Of a stretch of 64,000 bases of DNA, positions 50,674-59,373 are shown piece after piece. Source of the stretch: Reclinomonas americana ATCC 50394 (taxonomy: Eukaryota); the NCBI GenBank assembly GCA_048213135.1, contig PS015010.1:1426001-1490000 (forward strand), read 5' to 3'. Each line of letters begins with the position of its first letter. Positions within the stretch are counted from its first letter, which is position 1. The notes beneath the pieces were generated by a model that saw only the letters and a program-made list of their open reading frames with translations, was not told where the DNA came from and did not search any database. A program made the position numbers and the translations under genes.

Positions 50674-51882
50674 ATGACAACAACTGAAACCCATTACGAT
50701 GTCATCGTTACCGGCGGCGGCGCCATGGGACTGGCTGCTGCTTATGAACTCAGCAAACGAAAAGTGAAAGTGCTCGTACTCGAACAATTCACTTTCATGA
50801 ACCAGCTGGGCAGTTCTGCCGGTGTATCCCGCCAGTACCGCATCCCCTACCCGCAGGACTACATGGTAAAAATGGCGCTGGAAGCCCAGCCTTACTGGGA
50901 CGAACTGCAAAACCATACCGGTGCCACACTCATGGATAAAGTGGGTACACTCTGGTTTGGCGATCCCACGGTACATTCAACCGAAGGCAATATCGCCGAA
51001 GCGGAAAAAGCATTACAGTCCATGAAAGTGCCTTACACATCGCTTTCTTCCAAAGACATCGAAACGCAATACCATTTCCGCGATCTTCCAGGTAATTACA
51101 CCGGTCTTTTTCAACCAGATGGGGCCAGCATTAACCTGCAGGCCACACTGCAAACCCTGTACGACCTGAATAAGATAAGCGGCTATGTAACGCTAAAAGA
51201 TGAAGCGCCGGTTACCGGTATCCGTTCTTTCGGTAAATCCACACTGGTATCCATACCCGGCATTACTTATTCCACCAGTAAACTGGTAGTGGTACCGGGC
51301 CCCTACATCAACAGTATCATCAACCTGATGGATTTTACCATAGAGGCCACTTACTGGAATATGGCATCGGCTTATTTCAAAAAAACAAACCCTTCCATTC
51401 AATACCCCACCTGGTTCGTTTTCCAGAATGCCGTGGGGCAAAATGGCAACCAGTTCTATGGCTTCCCCGAAGTGGACTGGAATTACCCGGGGTACATCCG
51501 CGTAGCGCCCGACTTTGTGATGCACCCGCTAACGGACCCGGACAAACGCAGTTTCGTTCCCAACCCAGATGAGCTGGCTTATACATCGCAATGGGTAAAG
51601 AACCACATGACAGGCCTCGATCCTGTTCCGCACTTCACCTCTACCTGCCTGGTGGCGCTGAGCCGGATACCCGATAAGGAACTGCTGATTGATTTCGCCC
51701 CGCCCTTTGTACCCAATCACCAGAACATCGCGATCTACGCTACGGGCTGGGCGGCTAAATTCATTCCCCTGCTGGGTAAAATACTGGCAGAGATGGCACT
51801 CGACGGGTACTCTTCCTACGATATCAAGCCATTCGCACTCGGACATATCTATTTCAAATCATTAAAAGAAGAAACATCATGA
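50674..51882 (+). CDS. FAD-dependent oxidase, monomeric sarcosine oxidase/SolA family
   Basis: VIVTGGGAMG, GSSAGVSRQYR, FQPDGA, STCL (putative FAD-attachment Cys), KFIPLLGKILA. Confidence 0.85.
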   Translation: MTTTETHYDVIVTGGGAMGLAAAYELSKRKVKVLVLEQFTFMNQLGSSAGVSRQYRIPYPQDYMVKMALEAQPYWDELQNHTGATLMDKVGTLWFGDPTVHSTEGNIAEAEKALQSMKVPYTSLSSKDIETQYHFRDLPGNYTGLFQPDGASINLQATLQTLYDLNKISGYVTLKDEAPVTGIRSFGKSTLVSIPGITYSTSKLVVVPGPYINSIINLMDFTIEATYWNMASAYFKKTNPSIQYPTWFVFQNAVGQNGNQFYGFPEVDWNYPGYIRVAPDFVMHPLTDPDKRSFVPNPDELAYTSQWVKNHMTGLDPVPHFTSTCLVALSRIPDKELLIDFAPPFVPNHQNIAIYATGWAAKFIPLLGKILAEMALDGYSSYDIKPFALGHIYFKSLKEETS

Positions 51883-53606
51883 ATAAGAATACTCCCCTCA
51901 ACAACGGCATGCAACCCGGCATGAAGACCAAAGTCGCCATCATCGGCGCAGGTACATCCGGTCTATATACAGCATGGCGCCTCACCACCGATGCCGGTTA
52001 TGCCGGCAGCGATGTGCAGGTACTCGACATGAATACCAAACTCGGCGGCAGGCTGGAATCCGTTATCATGCCCGGTATGAATGTAGTGGGCGAACTTGGC
52101 GGTATGCGCTACCTCACTTCACAGGCCATTGTAACCACGTTGATAGAGCAGGTATTTAAAGATGAAATGACAGCCGTAGATTTTCCCATGGGTAACCCCG
52201 CCGACCTCATCATGTACCTGCGCAAACAAAGGAGCAAGCAGGACGCGTGGACACAGGCACAGCAGCAGGGACAGAAATTCATTACCCGGTATTATCTCAA
52301 TGATGACAACATGGGTTACAGTGTAGATCAGTTGTTCAACAAGATCATCTATGATGTTCTCATGGCCGATCCCTGGTTTGTACAGCAATACGGCAGTAAA
52401 GTGAGCAAAGGCCCCGGCCCATACGATTATAATTTCCAGCTGACCAGTTACGACTGGGACCAGGTAAAACCGCGGCTCATCTATAACTTCCCCGGCTCGC
52501 CTTATTACAACCGCAAGGTGAATGACCTGGGTTTTTGGAACCTCATCAAAGACCAGGTATCGGAAGAAGGATATTCATTCGCCGCCAATGCCGGTGGTTA
52601 TTATTCCAACACCATCAACTGGAATGCAGCGGAAGCCTTTCCTTATATGGTGGGCGATTTTTCCAGCGGCGACATCAAATACAAAACCATACAGGAAGGT
52701 TACGACAGTATCGCTTATGCGCTGGCCAACGCCTACATGGCAGTGAAAGGCGCCTGCATCTGGTCGGAGAACCAACTGGTTACTTTTTCAAAGGACCATG
52801 CGTTGAGCAGCGAATACAAGTATGAACTGGAATTCCTTAACCTGCCTTCCAACAAACGGTGGACAATTTATGCCGACACCATCGTACTGGCCATGCCCCG
52901 CCGTTCGCTTGAACTGCTCGATCAGAATAATTTCTTCTTCGCCATTGATGAAAGAAAGGAACTCAATTACAACATCCGTTCCGTGATCATGGAACCATCA
53001 TTCAAAATACTGATGGGCTTTGAATATCCCTGGTGGAAAAAACTCAACATCGATTCGGGGCATTCCATCACCGATCTTCCCCTGCGCCAGTGTTATTATT
53101 TCGGCACCGATCCGCAAAACGATCACTCCCTGCTGCTCGGCAGTTACGGCGATATGGAAACCGAAACGTTCTGGAAAGCCCTCTCCGATGACAAAGTGCT
53201 GTTCACCATGAGGCCCACACAATCCGCATCCCTGGCCGAATTACGACAACTGAATGATGTACAGGCCACGCAAATGATGGTGGACGAGGTACTTAACCAG
53301 TTACGGGAAGTGCATGGCCCGGATGTGGAGATACCTTCACCTTATGTGACCTGGTTCAAGGACTGGACCGACGATCCGTTTGGCGCCGGCTATCACGCCT
53401 GGAAGGCGGGCTATTCCGTTAAGGATGTAATGCCTTACATGCGCAAACCGCTACCCGGCGAACAGGTACACATCTGCGGCGAAGCCTATTCCGATCAGCA
53501 GGGCTGGGTGGAAGGCGCTTTCTGCGTAGCGGAAAATATGCTCGAAGAATGTTTTGGCATGACAAGGCCTTCGTGGCTGGACCCGAATTATTATATGGGC
53601 TGGTAA
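51879..53606 (+). CDS. Flavin monoamine oxidase / L-amino-acid oxidase family protein
   Basis: IIGAGTSGL, LGGRL, GELGGMR, ITDLPLRQCYYF, GEAYSDQQGWVEGA; ATGA overlap with the upstream gene. Confidence 0.88.
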   Translation: MNKNTPLNNGMQPGMKTKVAIIGAGTSGLYTAWRLTTDAGYAGSDVQVLDMNTKLGGRLESVIMPGMNVVGELGGMRYLTSQAIVTTLIEQVFKDEMTAVDFPMGNPADLIMYLRKQRSKQDAWTQAQQQGQKFITRYYLNDDNMGYSVDQLFNKIIYDVLMADPWFVQQYGSKVSKGPGPYDYNFQLTSYDWDQVKPRLIYNFPGSPYYNRKVNDLGFWNLIKDQVSEEGYSFAANAGGYYSNTINWNAAEAFPYMVGDFSSGDIKYKTIQEGYDSIAYALANAYMAVKGACIWSENQLVTFSKDHALSSEYKYELEFLNLPSNKRWTIYADTIVLAMPRRSLELLDQNNFFFAIDERKELNYNIRSVIMEPSFKILMGFEYPWWKKLNIDSGHSITDLPLRQCYYFGTDPQNDHSLLLGSYGDMETETFWKALSDDKVLFTMRPTQSASLAELRQLNDVQATQMMVDEVLNQLREVHGPDVEIPSPYVTWFKDWTDDPFGAGYHAWKAGYSVKDVMPYMRKPLPGEQVHICGEAYSDQQGWVEGAFCVAENMLEECFGMTRPSWLDPNYYMGW

Positions 53607-53623
53607 CAGGCTGTCGTGATATA

Positions 53624-54226
53624 TTACTTGTTATCCAGGATGTCGGATACTTTATCAAAAAGGGCAAGCGCATCTGTTTCGTTCAGCCCTTTCGCAAGGG
53701 TGATGTTTTTAGCCCCGTAACGCATGCATATCCTGTAAGCAGAATTACGCATATGCCTGCGTATCGCCTGCCCTGTTTCGTGTGACAACGCTACCATTCC
53801 GGAAGACAGGTTGGATATGGCTCCCGGCACCGATAAGGAACCGCCGGAAGTAACAATCGTTGTAGTCGTATACTCCTGCCCCGATGGGGTTTTGATAAAA
53901 TATTCCGCGACATTCTTTCTTTCATACACATTAGCGCCAACAACAATATTGCTGGCATTGATCTTAAACTCTTCCTGCCGCCGGAGCAGGTTAATAAGGT
54001 ACATGAGCCCGATAGCGAGTACAACCATCCATATCAGCCAGGCAAAAATACCTGAAACCAAACTTTCCGGAGCCGACCTGAAGACGATCAGGGCTGCGGG
54101 AATCGCTGTGAAAAAACAAAGCGGGGCCGCCATCTTAAAGCTGAGGGGTGATTTTTTATATACGACCTTTGTATACTCACCCTCTTCCGTGATGGCGAAA
54201 TTGTAAACAGGGTTAACTGTGTTCAT
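53624..54226 (-). CDS. Hypothetical 2-TM membrane protein
   Basis: 200 aa, two TMs followed by a soluble domain. Confidence 0.72.
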   Translation of the reverse strand: MNTVNPVYNFAITEEGEYTKVVYKKSPLSFKMAAPLCFFTAIPAALIVFRSAPESLVSGIFAWLIWMVVLAIGLMYLINLLRRQEEFKINASNIVVGANVYERKNVAEYFIKTPSGQEYTTTTIVTSGGSLSVPGAISNLSSGMVALSHETGQAIRRHMRNSAYRICMRYGAKNITLAKGLNETDALALFDKVSDILDNK

Positions 54227-54314
54227 AGCAGTAGTTTTACTATTAGTGATGTAAAATGGTTACGAATTTTTCGGGAAATCTATTCGGCAGTAAACGGGAT
54301 GGAGTTCACCCGTA

Positions 54315-55145
54315 TTATTTACTTTTTCCTTCATACTCCTGCAACACTTCATTCGCCAGGTCGGGAAAGTCTGTTATAATACCATCCACGCCTATCTTCA
54401 TAAAGTACATCATCTCATCGCGGTTATTGACGGTCCATACGTTGACCTTTTTACCTGCCTTATGCATTTTTTCAATAAAAGACTTGGTGAGCAGCCGGTT
54501 ATAAACAGACACTTCGGTTACATAATCATCAGCGGAAGGAGTATTAAACATACCTGTCAGCAGCAATTGGTGCAGCGGAATTTCCGGGGCCATCGCATGT
54601 ACGGTATCCAGTATTTTTTCTTTAAAGGAATGGATCATGCACCAGCTTTCCGCTTTATGCTTACGGATCAGTTGAATAACTTTACGCTCTATACCCGGGT
54701 ATACATTATTGCCTTCTTTCAATTCTATCAGCAATACCGCTTTCCCGTTCACCACGCGGATCGCATCTTCCAGCAGGGGTATTTTTTCCTGAAGGGTATC
54801 GCCACGAAAAGGTTTGATAAAATATTTCCGGATCTCATCATAGTTCATATTCCTGATCCGGCCTTTACCATTGGTCATCCTGTCGATGGTTTCATCGTGC
54901 ATAACCATGATCTCTCCGTCGGCAGTCTGGTGCACATCAATTTCAATGCGTGCGCATTTCATTTCAAGCCCCTTGCGAATGGCCGACAATGTATTTTCCT
55001 GTGCCAGACCACCCGCGCCGCGATGCCCGGTTATGGTTACCTGCTGGCGCATACCTGTGCAGGGAACAGCGTTTTTCCTGGTGCGGAAGCCGTAGAACAG
55101 CGAGACAGACAGGAGAAGGGCAATTACAATGATGAGTTTTTCCAT
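54315..55145 (-). CDS. Glycerophosphodiester phosphodiesterase (GDPD) with N-terminal signal/anchor
   Basis: GHRGAGG..ENT, IEIDV, MHD..IDR.T, LIELK, VWTVN, GVDGIITDFP; alternative start at 55166. Confidence 0.92.
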   Translation of the reverse strand: MEKLIIVIALLLSVSLFYGFRTRKNAVPCTGMRQQVTITGHRGAGGLAQENTLSAIRKGLEMKCARIEIDVHQTADGEIMVMHDETIDRMTNGKGRIRNMNYDEIRKYFIKPFRGDTLQEKIPLLEDAIRVVNGKAVLLIELKEGNNVYPGIERKVIQLIRKHKAESWCMIHSFKEKILDTVHAMAPEIPLHQLLLTGMFNTPSADDYVTEVSVYNRLLTKSFIEKMHKAGKKVNVWTVNNRDEMMYFMKIGVDGIITDFPDLANEVLQEYEGKSK

Positions 55146-55177
55146 AGTGTATATGATTAGTATCATGAATAAATTTG

Positions 55178-56125
55178 TTAGCCCCGTTCAACTGTTACTT
55201 CAACAGAATAACTGCCATAGTTGTCGTCTTGTATATTATCATTCACCTGGAATTCAATACAACCGCTTCTTGGAGCTATGAAACGTTTGAACTTGCCGGC
55301 AACCTTCCATTCCCTATCGCCGGCAATTCTGTACATCAATGCTGCATGGTTAAACTGTGAAACGATGTTGTAGCTCTCCAGGCTAAACCCTCCTACTCCC
55401 GAAGGCCTTCCATCCGGGTCAGAACTGCCAACCCAACTCCCAACCCTGATATGTCCTGATGCTTCAATGGTTACCAGGTCATTTTTACTGACGCAGACGG
55501 AAGAACGGATAAAGCCGTCTACTTTTGTTTCTTCCGAACGGCCGGGCCGCATCCTGATTATTGCGATCGTATTGATTTCATATAAACCCGGCTCCGACTT
55601 CAGTGGTTTGTATTCCCGCTGCGGGTCCCTCACCTGCAACCGGATGGCATTCGATCCTTCAAGAAGCCCCCTTGGAACGGGTATCTTAAACATGCCAATG
55701 TTATTCGTCAGCACAGGCGCTGATACTATATCACCGGAAACAATACTGACTTCTATCCCGGGAAGTGCATCATTATTTCCTGTCGAGGTAGTGACAATAC
55801 CATAAAGAACAATGCTACCGCGCTGAATCGAAAAGTTGAATATGTAATCACTGCTGATCGTACATTCCTGTTCAGAAGAACCTATTTCCGGGTCTGTAGT
55901 GTACACAGTGAGTGTATACCCGGGCCTGCAATCAGGACAGGCATTAAGGGGCATGGCGTAACGCCCCAGGTCATCTGTACGCACAGAAGCAAAGGAGGTG
56001 TATACAGTCAGCCCTTTCACAGGCAGCCCGTTCATTTTTATCGTCCCTTTCAAAACACGGCCCTGGGCAAAAGCGCTGCAGGCCAGCAACAGGCAGACGA
56101 TAGTGCAAATCATTCTTGTTCTCAT
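55178..56125 (-). CDS. Secreted protein: two carboxypeptidase-regulatory-like beta-sandwiches plus a C-terminal LecA/PA-IL-like lectin domain
   Basis: Signal peptide ending AFA-Q; VTIEASGHI...PDG...AALMYRI..W..AG..F.A..SG.IEFQVND....DNYGSYSVEV. Confidence 0.65.
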   Translation of the reverse strand: MRTRMICTIVCLLLACSAFAQGRVLKGTIKMNGLPVKGLTVYTSFASVRTDDLGRYAMPLNACPDCRPGYTLTVYTTDPEIGSSEQECTISSDYIFNFSIQRGSIVLYGIVTTSTGNNDALPGIEVSIVSGDIVSAPVLTNNIGMFKIPVPRGLLEGSNAIRLQVRDPQREYKPLKSEPGLYEINTIAIIRMRPGRSEETKVDGFIRSSVCVSKNDLVTIEASGHIRVGSWVGSSDPDGRPSGVGGFSLESYNIVSQFNHAALMYRIAGDREWKVAGKFKRFIAPRSGCIEFQVNDNIQDDNYGSYSVEVTVERG

Positions 56126-56126
56126 A

Positions 56127-56993
56127 TTATTGGCTGGATTTAGTTAGAAAAATATTTTTAGTGTATTCTTTCAGGCGGTCGACTACTATGGTTTCCGAAA
56201 ATGTGGCGCTTTCATAACCATCCTTATCCACATTATACTCCAGTACCATACTCCCTTTTTGTGTGGGAGAGAACGAAATGGAGTAACTCCCGTTTTTAGT
56301 TATCGCTTGTTTTCCGGCTACACTTATTGTAGCACCGTCGATTGGTTTTTTGGTCAGAACATCTCTTACGTTTCCGTATAAAAGGATACGTACAGGGGGA
56401 GGAATCGGAGGTTCTCCTGGCGGTTTAACGTCATTGCCTATTATACCTTTAGCTACGTGCTCTATACCTATTGACTGCCTTGAAGTACTACTGTCTGCAT
56501 TTTTCCAAAACCAGTAGCCACAGCAGGACAATACCAATAACAGGGCTACCGCTATACTCAGGCATCTCCTTTTTCTTTTATTCCGCCACACCTGTACCCG
56601 CTTAGCGATCTTGTCTGCGATCTCTGCCGGATTATCATTCCACTTTTCAAATACAGTAAAGCTGTCAATACTTTTACCTTTCATGTTCCAGTCATCCAAA
56701 CGCAAAGTCAGCACATCACTCCCACGTCCTCTTATCCCATGAACAAATTGTTTTTCGATACCGGGCCAGTAATTCTTTTCATAGTTCCTGCTGGCGATCA
56801 GCAAAACAAACTTCGATTCCCTGGTATACACCCTGAGCAGCTTCTCTATGAGTATTTCTCCCCACTGGTCTTCTTTCGTATAGATGTAACAGCGTATTTT
56901 CATCCGCGTCAGTATCTCTTCTATCTGCTGAGCCACCCTGAGGTCCTGCGTTGCAAAGGAGAAGGCCACATCATATTTGTATTTTCTGCACAT
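56127..56993 (-). CDS. TIR-domain protein with a single TM helix and extracytoplasmic beta-sandwich
   Basis: YDVAFSFA, FVLLIASRNY..YWPGIE (putative catalytic Glu), LTLRLDD; KRKRR then TM; Pro linker; LYGNVRD..TKKPIDGATI...KDGYE; alternative start at 57020. Confidence 0.85.
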   Translation of the reverse strand: MCRKYKYDVAFSFATQDLRVAQQIEEILTRMKIRCYIYTKEDQWGEILIEKLLRVYTRESKFVLLIASRNYEKNYWPGIEKQFVHGIRGRGSDVLTLRLDDWNMKGKSIDSFTVFEKWNDNPAEIADKIAKRVQVWRNKRKRRCLSIAVALLLVLSCCGYWFWKNADSSTSRQSIGIEHVAKGIIGNDVKPPGEPPIPPPVRILLYGNVRDVLTKKPIDGATISVAGKQAITKNGSYSISFSPTQKGSMVLEYNVDKDGYESATFSETIVVDRLKEYTKNIFLTKSSQ

Positions 56994-57003
56994 AGCGTCG
57001 TTT

Positions 57004-57954
57004 TTATATTTTACCGGCATTGACCAGTTTCCAGTAATATTTTCCCAATGGCGTAAGCCTGCAGGCGCCGGAATGCTGTGCCTCCAGGTACATGAACTCT
57101 TCACTCACCGGCATCACCAGCCCGCTGCCGTTCATTTTCTGGAGCTGCTTCATGATCTTTACATTCGCTTCTACCGCTATCCCTGTATTGCTGTCTTCAT
57201 AAGAAGGGTCCATCACATGGTGCGCTTCAGGGTCATGGAAAAAGGAAGCAATGCTTCTCAGTATATCCCGGCTGATGCGGGGCTGTACATTCCTCAGCGA
57301 ACAGAAGCTGTTTACATTGGTTTTGAACTGTGGCCGTTGCTGCCAGAAACTCAAAGACCGGTCGATGTAGCTGTATACATCCCCCGGTGAAATATTACCG
57401 GTAAGGTCTGCAGCACCCCCGCTCAGGGCATCGAGTAAGAGGGACGTAAAAATGCCGTGGCCATTCATTTCTACCGCAGACTCATGAGACATGGTAGCGG
57501 TAAGGATCGTGACGCCGTTGCCGAGTATAGAGAACGGGTTGCCAATGATCACGGGTGTACCCGCGGCCCCTGCATGGCAACAATCGATGATGATGATTTT
57601 TTCCCTGATGGCCGACTGGTTGGCCAATATCAGCAATTCATCCATGGCAATGCCTTCGTCATATTGCCTGAAATCGGGCGTAACAATAAAACCGCCCCGC
57701 TCATTAATGCAGCCATGACCGGCGAAATAAAACAGGGCCGTATCGAGTTGGGCGCTGAACAGCTTGATGATACTGGCCCTGAGCTCTGCCCTTGTCTTAA
57801 CATCTTTCCTTAATAAAACAGAAAAATTGTTTGAACCGTCTTCATGGGTCTCCAGCAATTGGGCTAAAGCAACCGCATCATTAACGCTGCCGCGGAGTCT
57901 TGCTGATCCGGGATAATCATTGATCCCTACAATTAATGCGCCTCGTGTATTCAT
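57004..57954 (-). CDS. Caspase-family (C14) cysteine protease
   Basis: ALIVGINDY, LRGSVNDA, FYFAGHG (His), IIDCCHAG (Cys), GHGIFTSLL, QRPQFKTNV; C-terminal LVMPV..FMY..CRLTPLGKYYW extension. Confidence 0.93.
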   Translation of the reverse strand: MNTRGALIVGINDYPGSARLRGSVNDAVALAQLLETHEDGSNNFSVLLRKDVKTRAELRASIIKLFSAQLDTALFYFAGHGCINERGGFIVTPDFRQYDEGIAMDELLILANQSAIREKIIIIDCCHAGAAGTPVIIGNPFSILGNGVTILTATMSHESAVEMNGHGIFTSLLLDALSGGAADLTGNISPGDVYSYIDRSLSFWQQRPQFKTNVNSFCSLRNVQPRISRDILRSIASFFHDPEAHHVMDPSYEDSNTGIAVEANVKIMKQLQKMNGSGLVMPVSEEFMYLEAQHSGACRLTPLGKYYWKLVNAGKI

Positions 57955-58021
57955 GAGCAGGATGGTTTAAGGTTTTTAGAATAATCGTCTTTTCAGACAT
58001 TCCAAAAATCAAAAATGAATA

Positions 58022-58108
58022 CGGGGGAAAAAACTCCAGCCATCCGGAAAATTCCCCTTTTTATAAGTCGTGAAAAAAAGCAGGCAGGCGCACCGGGGAT
58101 TTTTCCGG
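58022..58108. promoter_or_regulatory. Three related palindromic boxes in a divergent promoter region
   Basis: GGGGAAAAAACTCC (~58024), CCGGAAAATTCCCC (58044-58057) and GGGGATTTTTCCGG (58095-58108); the last two are 13/14 inverted copies. Confidence 0.5.
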
Positions 58109-58189
58109 TAAATGAATACCACGCATTGACCGGTTATGGAATGGCCATAGATTAGCATTCATAAACACTCAAACCAAAACCCCTTCATT

Positions 58190-58678
58190 ATGAAAGAACA
58201 ATTCACCGCCACACCGCTACCTTTCTTTTTCATCAGCAAAGAAGTCGCTGCAGAAAGGATATCCAATTATGGCAGCAACAAAGGCAGCATTTTATCCCAG
58301 GAACTTGGAAGAACCGATACCAGGAGCGTATGGTATTCCAGGGAACATATTGAAAGCCTGCTGCAGGAGATCGACCTCGTCAATGGCGACGGGCTGCGCA
58401 TCTTTTTCGGAGCATATGAATCCACGCATGAATATCCCAACCAGACCTGCCTGATCATGGTACCCACCCGCGAGGAGCTGACGGAGAACAACAGCATCAT
58501 TCACAAAAACGTTATCCTGGAAGATGAACCTGATTTTGAGAACAGGAGCAGCCTGGCCAGGGAAATATGGACGATAACAGGCGATGAAGACCTTTCTGAC
58601 GTGTGCCGGAATTTCAACCACGGCTCTCCCTGCCCTCCTTTATGCGATGGTAACGACGGGTTGGAATTTTACAGCTAA
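58190..58678 (+). CDS. Hypothetical protein with C-terminal NHGSPCPPLC motif (first gene of the TCS cassette)
   Basis: DTRSVWYS, DGLRIFFGAY, CLIMVPT, NFNHGSPCPPLC; no signal peptide. Confidence 0.8.
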   Translation: MKEQFTATPLPFFFISKEVAAERISNYGSNKGSILSQELGRTDTRSVWYSREHIESLLQEIDLVNGDGLRIFFGAYESTHEYPNQTCLIMVPTREELTENNSIIHKNVILEDEPDFENRSSLAREIWTITGDEDLSDVCRNFNHGSPCPPLCDGNDGLEFYS

Positions 58679-58695
58679 AAATGTAAATTAGATGA

Positions 58696-59373
58696 ATGCA
58701 GAAATTATTATCGTACCACTATATCTACCTCATTCCTTTATTGCTTAGCGCCATCTTCAGCCTGAAAAGTTTCAGGCGGGGATGGCCCGGGCCGTACAGG
58801 ATATTTTCCATCTTCCTGATTATCACCCTTATGACCGAAGTATCTGCCATCTCCTGGAAATGGTACCTTTATAAAACACCGTACTGGAGTTTTTCAAAGT
58901 CCAACCTGTGGATATACAACGCGGCCCATATCCTGAGGTTTTTCCTGTTCACACTTTTCTATTCGCGGATGCTCACAGCTCCTTTTTTTAAAAGACCCGT
59001 ATGGTATATTGCCATACCGCTGATCATTTTTGGCTGCCTGGAATATGCCTGGCTGCAGGGACCGCATACCATGAACAGCTATACAATAATCCTTACCAAT
59101 TTTTCCTGTATATTATTATCCCTCTCCTTCTTCAGGCAATTGCTGAAAGAGGATAAGCCCATCCGGCTTTCGGCACATCCAATGGTATGGATTTCATTGG
59201 GTTCTTTTGTTTACTTCTCCGGATCACTCCCTTTCTTTATCTTTTTCAACTACCTCTTCAAGCACAATGTCAATCTTGCCATTTCACTGCTCTATATCAA
59301 CCATGCGCTCAACACAATCATGTATTCATTCTTTTTAATTTCGTTCTTATGCAATCCTCACTCTCGGAAGTAA
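58696..59373 (+). CDS. Multi-pass (6-7 TM) membrane protein, putative sensor subunit
   Basis: NLWIYN and WISLGSFVYFSG motifs; overlaps the HK start by 25 bp. Confidence 0.8.
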   Translation: MQKLLSYHYIYLIPLLLSAIFSLKSFRRGWPGPYRIFSIFLIITLMTEVSAISWKWYLYKTPYWSFSKSNLWIYNAAHILRFFLFTLFYSRMLTAPFFKRPVWYIAIPLIIFGCLEYAWLQGPHTMNSYTIILTNFSCILLSLSFFRQLLKEDKPIRLSAHPMVWISLGSFVYFSGSLPFFIFFNYLFKHNVNLAISLLYINHALNTIMYSFFLISFLCNPHSRK

